A stretch of 64,000 bases of DNA from Camelus dromedarius (lineage: Eukaryota), in assembly GCF_036321535.1 (NCBI RefSeq), contig NC_087436.1, positions 45,510,001 to 45,574,000 on the forward strand, written 5' to 3'. The notes under the pieces are model-generated. The model was given only the letters and a program-made list of their open reading frames with translations, did no database searches and was not told the origin of the DNA. This document shows positions 1-11,760 of this stretch, piece by piece. Each line of letters begins with the position of its first letter. Position 1 is the first letter of the stretch. The position numbers and the translations under genes were made by a program.

Positions 1-299
1 TTTCCTGGCTTTTATTCATATACATGAATATTTACCTATATGTCTGTGCCTCTTACCAGACCACCATCTCTCAGGGCATGGTTCTTGTCTCATTCCACTA
101 TTGATTATGTAGAGCATCTTGAAGGATGCTTTGTACATGGCAGATGCTGGGGAAAATGCTTATCTAGTGAGCTAAAGTGACAATGGGTGCCCATTTTATT
201 GCCAGCCCTACCTGTTAATACCTGAAGCTTAACTTACTTGGCTTCCTTCTGCATTTTGAGTGCTATGTCATAGTCACATACTAGAGTTTCCCCTTCCCG

Positions 300-860
300 G
301 CCTTTTCTCTTTTGTTTGTTCTTCGTGGCTTACCTACTACAGCACAAAACCCTGCTGTTACCCTTTCCTTGCAGGTCTTCTGGACCCTGATTGTCTTGCT
401 TTCTTCTTTTACTCCAGAGTGTATGCATTTCTCCCAATATCCTTGGGGCCCAGTTTTATAAACCTCCTCCCCAAAACCCCTGATAATACAAAGTCTTGAG
501 CCCGGTGTATAAGAAAATGAAGATTTCCTTTTCATTTCCCTTGTTAACAGGAGAAGGGACTCCATACCAAGGCTTATACCCTCTTGGGGTCAGGGGAAGT
601 TTAGGAAATACAGGGTCTTGCCTTTCCCAGACTCATTAACTTAAAATGGCTTGAAATAGCTTCTGGAGGAAAAACACAATGTTGGGAAGCTTCTCTGTTT
701 TTTGACAAATCATTTTCAGTTGTTCTTAAAAATCTGTATACATAGCCTCAAATGAAACTCCATTTAGAGAATTATAACTCATGTCTCAAAAATGAGCTAC
801 ACCCACTGTCTTTTGAAGAATTGTAAGGAAGGCTAGGAGTGCTGTCTTGTCAGTATGCTG
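300..860 (+). mobile_element. Fossil CR1-clade ORF2 unit U0 (post-RT tail only; runs off the window start)
   Basis: Ordered degenerate motifs: YTLLG 575-589 (~YTLNG), MSQK 781-792 (~MSQQC), VRKAR 823-837 (~VKKAN). Manual translation. Confidence 0.45.
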
Positions 861-3800
861 TCTGCACTACTTTTTGAGTATCATTTAAGAGGACCTTTAT
901 TAAACTTACCCTATAATCCATGTTCATTACCTTATTACATATTAATGTAAAGGGGCCCCCTTTTTGGAGTGATGTTTGTATAAACTCTATAAAGGGTTCA
1001 ACTGAGGCAAGTTTATCAAGTTTATTGCTGTCTAAAGAGTAATTAACCCTGTATTCATTTGTTACAGACACGAGATAAATACCGCAGACCTTTTTACTTT
1101 TCTAGCAAATAGTTTCATATATAACAGATCAGCAAAGCTACAGAAATGCCAAGTAATAAATATTGTGCCTTGGAGGATCCTCCTGAGCCACATCTTGAAA
1201 CTATATGTCAAATTAAAAATATCCTGAGTAATACTGTCTGGTATATGAGAGTGTGTTGCATGAGGCAGAGGAAAATGCCTGCTTTTAGCTCAATAGCATT
1301 TTTGAGTTCTGATTTTACACTGAAAAGCCCTTGTGATTTTACAGCGTCGAAAAGAGAGGCATTTTGTTCTTTTATGAGACATCTGGCCTTTACCTGTTAT
1401 TTTCACTAAGAGCTGACTTATAAGGGCTGCTAGCAAGGGAGCAAAATCGCCTAGTGATTGGTAAGGTGACATAAAATTCATTGAGTGAGAAGGGCAGCTG
1501 GGCTCTGCGTTCTCTCTCAGCAGCCTGCCGGCTCTGTGCTAGCAGTGCTGTATGCTAGCTGCTCCAATTGTAATTGTCTGGCCAATGGTGATTATCTTCT
1601 GATGTCGGCTGACACGGTGTTCACCAATGAGAAAACAGGAGGCCTGTGAGGTGATGTCATCACAGGGCTTGCCTAGAACCTCAGGAAACCCTCCCCCGCT
1701 CCCCTCTGGCCTCTTCCATGTCCAGTCTTTGAGTGTTTTGTATGTTTTTCTGACTCCCCCCCCCCCCAGGCTGTGGTGATGGTTATAAGGGTTTTATTGT
1801 TTTTATATTTTTGTTCTGTATTTTGGGTCTATAAGATAGTGTAGGCATTTTCAGAATTAAATACTGTCTGGCTCAGGAAATGTTTTATCCACAGATTGTT
1901 TTTATGAAGGACAAAATTTAAAAGAAACAGTATTTAAAAGGGATTGTACATCTTTATGTTCTTTCTTATATGTGAGGTTTAGAAAGTAACATGTACAATT
2001 TCAGTAATAAAGAATATAAAAGTATTATAAGCCTGTGTTAGTTTTTTTACTCAAAATATAGCATCATAATGTCTATCAAACTTCAGAATGCAGGCTGTTG
2101 TTTTTCTTGTAGTGACAGTGGCTTTGCATTGATCTCTGAAATCCTCCCTGTGACCTGTTGTATACTTTTATTAGAAAAATAGTGCAGTCTGTGGTCATGG
2201 AACAGAAAAGGCCAAAGTCTCCTTTAATCAGCGACACTACAGCAAATGCAGATTTCGTCAGCCGTCTAGGAAACTACTGTGTCCACACTGTGCTCAGTAT
2301 GTTGCTTGCCACTTATTTTAGAGAATCACAGTTCATATTAGCCTTAGGACTGAAAATCCTGAGTGTGAGGAACTTAACGTTTCATTCAATAAACCTTAGA
2401 AACTGCTGAGATGTTGGCCTGTTACGTACTAGGTTAAGAGTGAGAACACTGAGAAAATGTATACAGAAGAAAACTGATCTATGTTATGATCGTAGAAAAT
2501 AATGAAATGTGTGGGAACTTTAACCTGAACTTTTATGTAGCTTTTAAAAAATGATGTGTATTCATGCAGCCTTTAGTTTTTAGGATTTCCAGGGAGAATG
2601 CGAGATTATTTTATGATTATACATCTCGATATTTGCATTTGTAATAGACAGTATGCATATGATGGTAAAATGTTTACATAGGCCTTTTGTTAAATTGGAA
2701 GTTGAATTTTGTGGTCTAGAAAAGACTCCTTGTTGCTTTTGATGTTAGATGATAATAATTCTGTCAGAATTACTTTGGAATTTAACTCCAAAGTCAACCC
2801 ACTCCAGATCTAAGAGTTACTCTGCATACTTCCTTGAAAGAAGAATCTTTTGGTTTAGACAGTAGAAAAGCTGTGAGAGGGATGGAGGCTTAGAAATACT
2901 TAGGAGGGCATAGAATAACCATCTAGTCGGTCTTTAGCAAATGAAGTACAGTGAAGGACTATTCAGGCAAATCAAGAATTCACCTTTGCTCCAGTGATCT
3001 GGGTATTTCAGTTCTAGTATTTTTCTGAGATGAGTTATCCAAAAATTGTTGCAATGATTCACTGAATTTTTCATTTCTGGACACAGGTGAACTGCGCTGT
3101 CCTTTGTTAATAGAAATCAGACAACAGTCCACAAAATTTGCCTTAGCTTTCTTCCTTTATTCTTTGTTTTCTAGTCCTTGGCTTCAAATCCATCTTCTCC
3201 ATTTACTTTCCATTTATGTTTGTTAGAAGAGCACAGGCATTTACCTAGGAAAGTTTGCCTAGAAAAATTAACCTATACCACATTATTTCTATTGATAACC
3301 CAAAGAAATTGGAATAAAAATATAACATGGCTTTATTGAAAGGTTAAAGTCTTGTAACTTCATTCCTTTATCTGTATTCTGATCATGTGTGTATCCAGAC
3401 AAGCACAGATGTGTACTGTTGGCATAGTTACTCAGAACTTTAAAAAAAAAAGCATCCTTAATTAGATTTAACTTGACAATAATTTCATTTTAGAGGTAGA
3501 TTAATCCTGTTTAAAAAAAAAAAAAAAACGATTGCCCTGGAGTCAAAAATGAATTTGTAATTTGAAGTTCATTGAGCAAAAACCATCCTAAAGTACAGAT
3601 CCTTGTAAGACATCTCAGTTCAAGCTTATGATTTTATCATGATTCATTTCTGTACTGAGCACTTACGATTTTTAGTTTAAAGATTCTTTTTTTTTTTCCT
3701 TTTTTTAAAAAATTGAAGTATAATCAGTTTGCACTGTTGTGAGTTTCAAGGTTATCTTAGCATATTGGAATGACAAGTATTTTTAGGAACCCTTTTGTTT

Positions 3801-4765
3801 GGTCAGTCACCCTCTATGAACTTCTAAAAATTTAACTTTAAGCCTATCTGCACAAAGCAATGTACAGGTGAAAAAGATTTACACTTATCTTTGCTGAGAT
3901 AAATAGACATGCTGATTAGAAGTAATTTTGCTGGATACTCATATAGTTTTCTAATACTTTTATTCTACTTCCTTCAGGATTTCATATTTTAGGTTTTTTC
4001 TTTCTAAAGCTTTTTTTGTGTCCCTGATTGTAATATAATGAGAACATCTAGTATACTGTATTATAGAGAGGGGGACCCCTACTGTTTTTAATCAAGTTCG
4101 TAATCGCATATTTTAAGTGAAATAAGTATAACTTAATTTTCTTAAAGATAAATTTCAGATATTTTAGCTCAACCCTTAATTTTATTGATACTCATCCTTG
4201 GACTTGTTTTTTTGCTTGTCTTATTTGTTTTGTTTTGTTTTTTAATGATCCTATGAATTCTGAGGCTGAATTTTTGAATTGACTATTTGTTAACACTTAA
4301 TGGGCGGTATACAAGATCATTCTTTGAAGACTGGAAAAAAAATCAATGAAATGTATGTTTATCGTTTATCTTTGTTAGGAGAGTACAGGCATTCACTTAG
4401 AAAAGTATATGTTTATATATATATACACACACATATATATACATAAACATGGTAAAGTGACTTTTTTAATAAATGAAAACTGATACCACATTAAAGATCA
4501 TTTTTTGTGTATTTCCTGCTGTTCAAGAAGCATCTTGCTGTACCAAATGTACTTTTCTAAAATTCTGTGCAAAGTAGGCCCTAACTGAATGAACTGTTTC
4601 ATCAATTTTTTTAAAACTAGTTCAGTAATAAGATTTTAGTGTCTTAAAACTGCAAAATTTGAACATTTAGTACTTGGATTTACCCCCAATTATTAGTAAT
4701 TTTTTGAAAATCTTCAATGTGGATAATAATAAGTGAAACCCTCAAGTTTTCCTATCTTTAGGCCA

Positions 4766-4801
4766 AGCTGCCCAGCTGCCCAGCTGCCCAGCTGCCCAGC
4801 T
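4766..4801 (+). repeat. 8-bp tandem repeat (AGCTGCCC)x4.5
   Basis: Directly visible perfect repeat. Confidence 0.95.
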
Positions 4802-5224
4802 CCTTTTATTTATAAAGGTAGCATTAATACCATGTAAAAGTTTTTAAGACACTATGCCCACTCCCACTGGGGTAATTCACTTTTTCAGGTGAAGTGAGTT
4901 TAGTGGAAATGAGTCCTTTGAAGTTGAGAATTTCATGATCTTGTTTTGGGAGGCTCAATGTAGGGAAAAAGGGCCTGATGAAAAGGTTTGCTCCTGAAAC
5001 TTTTTAATGTGTGAGTGTTCTCTTGAAGTCTGTGGGTGCCTTAAGCATTTAAAAGCTGGTCTAGCAGTGGGTATCATTACAATCAGAGGGCAGGAAGCTC
5101 AATAACAAGGTACTCTAAACATCAGTGTCTGTAGTTTCCTCTCAGTTTTATGACTTTTTGGCACGGATTTAATTTAAAGATCTTAGAAGGGAGGGTAGAT
5201 TTTCTTCATTCTGGAGTAATGATA

Positions 5225-5365
5225 GTAATTGTTGATACATAGTTGTTTACTGGTCGCAGGCATTCTTTTAAAATGTTTTATATATGTTAATGGTTAAATC
5301 CTCCCAACCTTCCTTTGATGTATACAAAACAGGAAATGAGGCGCAGTGTGGTTAAACAAGTTGGC
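5225..5365 (-). mobile_element. MIR fragment
   Basis: Resembles the reverse MIR core (aatcctcccaac...aggaaatgaggcgcag...ggttaa). Confidence 0.55.
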
Positions 5366-6564
5366 ATTTGTATGTAGGGACAAAAAAAAAAGACATGGGC
5401 CCCAGGCTAAAGCTTAGTCACCCAGGCCCAAATCATCCCGCATTTGTGTAAGAATAAATATTCAGTCAGTAAAATAATGCACTTGGACACTGGGCAGCAC
5501 TGTAAATGTGTAAGGTACCTGTGGTTTTAGTCTAGAATCTTACAGTGTCTTTTATCTTTCATTAAGCGTATCCTGAACGCTTCCGGCAGGAATAACGACA
5601 AAAGCACCTATTACTGTTACACTAAGCCTTGTGCTACGAAGAGATAAACACACTGGTCATTAGGATTAGTGTTTTCTGAATATTACTTGTTCAAAGTCTA
5701 TCAATACTTTTATAATTATAAAAAGCCATGTCATCTTTACTAATGCTTCTATCATAAGAGATTTCAGTTTTTCTTAAACAAACTGTGACACACAGATTTG
5801 GAACATTTCTTATAAAGCATACTTTCTGTCTGTTTCTCCATGTCATGACCTTTGACCACTGAGCTTGGGTCTAGACCCTGGGAGCTTGTGTTTCTACCTA
5901 GTGCTGCGTGCAACCTAGCTTTCCTTCAGGCAGGTTTCAGTAGCTACTGGTAAATAGCCACCTGCTATTGATAGAAAAACAACAACAATAACAAACAAAC
6001 AAATATATATGTATATGTGGGTTGGGGTTGTCTCTGTTTATAAAGATCATCTCCTATAATGTGAAGAATTTAAAGAGAACCTTTGTCGTTTTGTTTATTA
6101 GTTTTAAATCCTTCTCCTGATTTTAAAGTAAATATTTATTATTATAGAAAAAAGAAATGAAAACATTAAAAAAAAATAAAGATGCAGGAAAGAAAACACC
6201 TTTAATTCTTATTCAGAGGCCACATTTCCTTCAGCCTTATTTCCAAGATTTTTATATACTTTATTTACTTATTTATTTATTAGTATTCAGTGCATATCAA
6301 CAAGGGATTGAGTTCCGTATGCTGTGCCAGGGACTGCCCTGGGCACTTCCATTCACCTACTATCGCATAACAACTTTTTATGTTGCTTTCTTCCCTCTTT
6401 GCATTATAAATGCTTTTCATGTCACTAAGACATCTCCCTAAGTATAGTTTTTAGTGGCTACTTAGTATTGTTTTGTCTAGACTTACTTTATGTCACTATT
6501 CCCTTACATGTTAAGTTGAACATGTTAAGTTTCTAATTTGCATTAGAAATAGTCCTCTGACCAT

Positions 6565-6976
6565 TGTTGGAGGAGGCCATCAAGAGGTCGTGACCGCCCC
6601 CCCACCCAGTTGACCTGAGAGTAGGATGCAGGCAATCAAGTCTCCTCACCATCTTCCTGCCCTTGAAATGTACCTTCTGCCCACTGTTCCTACAGTCAGA
6701 GCCGTTTCAAGGACACAGCCTTGAAAGAGTAGATGTGTTGTTGAGACCATCTGGACGGTATACGTGACCTGTTAAGGCCACTATATCCTGTGGGTGGATG
6801 TGGAAATCTACTGGTCTTGCAGCCGCCAAGACAAGCCTCATAATTAAGTCCCCTTGCTCATTATACCTGCCACCTACCAACCTGGAGAGGCTGCCTCTTC
6901 AGCCTCCACCTGCGTTCCCGTGTAAGGGGGCCAGTTTCACATTTTACCCAGGAACTCCTGGGGTTACGAACCAACA
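6565..6976 (+). mobile_element. ERV (ERV1-like) LTR
   Basis: Begins TGTTGG and ends CCAACA (6-bp inverted termini); GC-richer than flanks; TATA-like ctatat near 6781; no matching TSD seen. Confidence 0.75.
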
Positions 6977-9089
6977 GCTCTGTGCCCAGGCCTGGAGTTG
7001 GCATTTCACTGGGCGGCTTGCAACACTCTTCATGATGGGAACGCAGGTAAAGCATGCTGTGCTATTAGAGGTGTTCTATAGCTAGCCTGTAACTAGTAAT
7101 ATTAAGTCATAAATCTACTGACCCACTGGGCTCCAATCAACTGTAGAATGTTTTCCCTTTAAGACCTAGTGTTGCAGTTCTTTAGAATTTGTTGTTTTAA
7201 CATTAGCAATTTTGACTTGGAGAATGACCCAATGGTCTAGAAAATGAAGCAACTTTTTTTTTTTTTTTAATTTTGCTGAAGTCAAATCTGAGAAGCATTC
7301 ATTTGTCAGAACAGTGGATTTTTTTTTGTTTTTTGTTTTTTTCCTTTTATTGTCTGGTAGGTAGGAAATCTATGAAGAGGTATGCCCTTGTGAAAAATGA
7401 CCCCACAAAGGAGTGTAAGACTAAGTACTGACTATGAGAGTAAGTGAAGATTAAGAGATCAAGAAACACTGTGAGGTTATAAGAAAAAAAAAAGGTGTTT
7501 GTATGGAATTTTCTAGAGTAAAGGAGTGTTCGTCAAACTTTTTTGCTGACATCCTCCTGAAAGAAATTTTTAAAACTATGTACTGCCTCACATGTTTAAT
7601 ATTTTTTCAATTATAAGTTGAAATAAATTAATTTTTAATATAGAATAAATGAGGATTGGCTTGTCATAATAAATACTTCATGACATGATAAGATAGATTT
7701 ATCTGCTTAATTGAGTAATGCACAACGAATCTGTAATAAATGACATAACATTTTTATCCATGATTTTATTCATTGGTAGCTCCAGAAAACAGTCCACATT
7801 CCACACTGATAGATACATTTAAAAGACTCAGTTGCCCTAATCCTATATTGTTTCTGGTTGTTCTGAATTCAGAACATCTCAACATTCAGAATTGTAGGGT
7901 CTAATCAGCAGGAAAAGAAAATGAAGATTATCATTCTGCCTCACATCATTGTTTTTACTCTGTTTCAGGGGCTGGAAGGAGAGACCTGGGTGGGCTATCA
8001 AGTGTTTTAAACTGTGTTTTCTTGACTGTGGAGAAGGTTACCACTGTGTATGTGTGGTTTGTGTGCGTTATGGTCCCTAGGACTAGTCTCCTAACTGGGT
8101 GAAGCAGTTCTTTATTCTTTACTTAGTGATCCCTTGTCAGACCCTGGGAACTTCCTTAAGAAGCTCCTTTTAGTCCATTCCACTTGGGATGGCTCTGATT
8201 ATTTGAAGACTGTTCTACATATTAAAGTGAAAGCTGTGGTCCTGCGCTGGCCCTAGGTCTGGCTCCAGCTGTATTTATTCTCACTTCTGCACAACTGTCT
8301 TGTATGCACCTGAAAATGACTATTCTATCCTCTCTAGGCTTTGTTTTTTAGAATAGCATCTACAGCCCACTGGTAATCCTCATGGACACTTCTGAAAAAT
8401 AAAAAAATTAGGACTCCTACGCTTTTGAACAATTAAGTATTACCTACTAAAAAACTACTAAGAAATGTATTAAAGCTTACTAAAATTTGGCACTTACACA
8501 TTAAAATGAGCAAGTCTATATTAGAAAGTATGGTGAGGGAGGGGGGAATTCTAATTTAATATTCTGCTAAGAAGTCTGCCACATGGTGCTTTGGAACATT
8601 ACAAAGCTTTTATTGTACATGACATTCTGGAAATTTTAAGGACTCTGTTAGCACTGAACCACCAGGGTTGTCTTGAGTTGTAGCTGATTTTCAGTTACTG
8701 TTCCTGCATTCATTTCTGCAGAAATACTTTTTTTGAACTTATTTTTTGTGATTGCTGATGTTGTTTGATTGTACCGCTTTGGCTGGTACTTGGTTCTTCT
8801 CCAGTTCTCTGTAATTACTGAGTTTGTTTTCTACAGACAAGAGGGTAGTTTGGGGTAAGAACTTTGAGAAGCACAGGCTATGTCCTTGATCCTTAACCAG
8901 GTATTTAGGGCAGACTCACCTGGAGAGTTGATTTTCCTTAGAATGCAAGTGCACACGCTTCATCGCAGAGATTCAGAATTAGCAGGTCCATGGAGAGGCC
9001 CAGGGGCTGGGAAAGATTTTCCCAGGTAATTCTTGCCTAAGCGGAAGCGCTGCTCTGGCTGAGGCTGATTCCATCCCACATTCTTAGAG

Positions 9090-9865
9090 TCCGTCTTCTC
9101 AGACCGTCGATTTCACAAACTGAACACCTCTTCCTCTTCCAGCCTGCTCCACCTCCTTTGTCATCTACATGGGACAGGGACATCACTCTGCTCAGCACCT
9201 TCTCTCCCTCCTCACCTCTAATTCACAACCAAGGCTTGTGTGATCCAGCCTTCAATTCTGCTTCTCCTGGTTCATGTCGGTCGCCACTGGACTTCCTTCA
9301 GGCCCCCCTCACTACCTCTTGTCTCCTCACTCACTTGTCAGCATTATCTAAGTCACAGATCCCACTATGTCACTCCCATGGTAAAAACTTCCCATGGTTT
9401 TCCATTGTCTATAGTACAAATCCAAATTTTTTTTTTTAAGAAAAAAATTTTGTGGGGGAGGGGAGTTAGGTTTCTTTTTTTCTTTATTTTTAATAGAAGT
9501 ACTGGGGATTGAATTTAGGACCTTGTGCATGCTAAGCACATACTCTACCATTGAGCTGTACCCTCCCCAATCATTCTTTTGATTGGTTTGAAAGACCATT
9601 CAAAATCTGGCTCCAGATTATCTTCCCAGTATTACCTATTGAAGTAACCCTCATCTCAGGCCTGTCTATTCAAATACAAATTCCAAATCCTTTCTCTTCT
9701 CCACCCACCAAAACCTGTTTCTCCTTTCTTTGTGGTTTGCTAGCACTTGGCTCATAGATGGATAAGTATTTTCTCTTCTGTCTTTGAAATCAGTGCCTAT
9801 CCCAGAATTTGGCATACAGTTGCACTCAGTGTGTGTTGACTAGATGAATGCAGTTATGCATGAAT
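9090..9865 (+). mobile_element. L2 fragments (interrupted by a SINE)
   Basis: Pyrimidine-rich L2-like body and 3' end agaatttggcatacagttgcactcagtgtgtgttgactagatgaatg. Confidence 0.55.
9428..9568 (-). mobile_element. tRNA-derived SINE (camelid Vic-1-like)
   Basis: Reverse complement reads ggggagggtacagctcaatggtagagtatgtgcttagcatgcacaaggtcctaaattcaatccccagtac, with A/B boxes and an A-rich tail. Confidence 0.9.
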
Positions 9866-11220
9866 ACAGAAGGCTGTCAAATAAATGTATCTGATTTATT
9901 ATCCAGTACCTCTTTATATGGTCCTTAAGTGAATTATGGGAGACTGTCTAGTGTCTTATTGAAACAATAATAAAATACTTCTTTTTTTCATCTAATTTTA
10001 TTTTTAAGAGGAAAGATATTAATTTAGCATGACTGATTTTTAGTGAACTCATGTTAATTGTTGTATATGTTAATTATTACTCCTTTTCTAGGCACTCAAA
10101 TCAACTACTCCAATCAGAAAGAAGTCAAAAGCTTGCCTAAAGTGAGGGGAAGGTGGGATTGTATGCACAAGGGAAAAAAAAATCAGGAAGAAAATAATAC
10201 CAAAATGGCAGAAAGTAGCTATATAAAAGTGGTAAAAATGATGCTTATTATTTCTCCTTTTGCTCTTCCAGCTTTCCATAATCTTTTCCTATTACATTCT
10301 GGGTAGGCATAGGTGGTGTGATTTTGCATATGGTCTTATTTCTTCATTTTTTGCATTAACTGTAATGTACTTACTGTTTTTATAGTAAAAGATAAATTTC
10401 ATTTTACAACACTGTATTATCTAGTATCAGCTAACAAGTGCTTTTAAAAAAAACTAATGCATATTTTAATGAACATTCAGCAACATAGTTAAACATAAAG
10501 GCAGTTTGTGAGGACATGAACCTGCACATTCTTAGTTCAGGTGAATCTGCTTTCTCAGATTGAGGGAGAGATGAACCATACTGTTGATGTCACAATACAT
10601 TTCCTTCTCTTTCTCCAAATATAAATTATACAGTTAGATTATGTTTTAGTAGGAAAGGGTCCTGGTCCTTTAAGGGAAAGTGATAACAGACATCAATTTG
10701 ACTTGAACGTGATAACTTCTACGTCTGGGTTTCAGGAATGTATCTAGGAGGGCAAAGGTTCCCCAGGGAGAGTAGTCCTCTAATCTAATAGCAATAAAAG
10801 ATTAAACATAAACTTGTCTCTAGAGAGCAAAAAATGAATAGGATAATTAGCTCAGGGACCCTGTGGCACCTGGAAACAGATGCTGTGCACGTACCTGGAA
10901 TACATCATTAACAAATAGTCCATTACTGCTGAATGTCTGGGAGATCAAGTCTGATTTCGAGGAGCTAGAAGGATTTTGGTACTCTCTGAAATGAAGGTTA
11001 TAAAAGGTCAGTCGAGTCAGGAGGCCAGGCATTGTGGAGCCAGAGATCTTGATGTGTCTGGTCTGGTAGGAAGTCCCAGGGATCTGGTTGAGAACTGTGT
11101 CACAGAGCTTTTTCACAGGACTGCTTTGTGGAGGAGATCTTATCAGTCCTGGGCGCTGCCTTGAACTCTTGCTTCTTCTGAACTTCCTCTTAGAAGAGAA
11201 AGATGGAGGATTGCCATTAA

Positions 11221-11760
11221 TGTTGCAGAAAGGTGTGTTACAGCTCAGTGTTACAGCTTAGTTGTGACAGCAACCTGGATCCGGGAGAGAGACCAAGCAG
11301 CACTCGGAGAGTTGGAGAACTCAGGTTTATTACCGCGGTGGGCCCAGAGGAGTTAACGTTCCAAGCTCTACACAGGCTTTTATAGGCCACCAGTCTAGAC
11401 TTTGCAACATTTTGTAACATCATATGCAAATAAGGTATAACAAAGGTGACTAATTAGGAACAAGCTTTGTAGAAATGGACCAATCAGGAGTGAGGAAAAT
11501 GGACCAATCAGGAGTGAGGAAAATGGGCCAATCAGGAGTGAGCTCCATGCAAATGAAGTGCTACAAATGGACCAATCAGAAGTTAGCTCAGGGAACCAAT
11601 AGAATCTTAGGGGTAAATTCTGCTTTCCTAGAAGTAAGCCGTTTCAGAGTTTAAAAAGCGAAATAATGCTGCTGGGCCAGGGAGCCGAATGGTGCTGGCA
11701 GGAGGGTAGCGGCCTTGCCTGGGGGGTCCCGCCATCTTTTTCATGGGGCTTCCCACCTCA
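11221..11760 (-). mobile_element. Solo ERV1-type LTR with 4-bp TSD TTAA
   Basis: TG...CA termini; TTAA at 11217-11220 and 11761-11764; minus-strand AATAAA (11326-11331) and TATAAAA (~11378-11384); U3 with CCAAT repeats. Confidence 0.92.

Larger units (their letters stand above)
925..6100 (+). mobile_element. Fossil CR1-clade ORF2 unit U1 (EN+RT, heavily decayed)
   Basis: LLHINVKG 932-955 (~CLYTNARS); GDVITGLA* 1650-1676 (~GDVIVGVCY); QAVVM 1767-1781; NDPMN 4244-4258 (~DPGNY); YLDL 4671-4682 (~YLDF); HDLVLG 4934-4951 (~QGSVLG); KIMHLD 5471-5488 (~KVMHLG). Confidence 0.5.

Noticed and set aside
11473..11542. 24-bp direct repeats suggestive of a CRISPR-like array
   Set aside because: No spacers; these are ordinary U3 enhancer repeats in a mammalian LTR.
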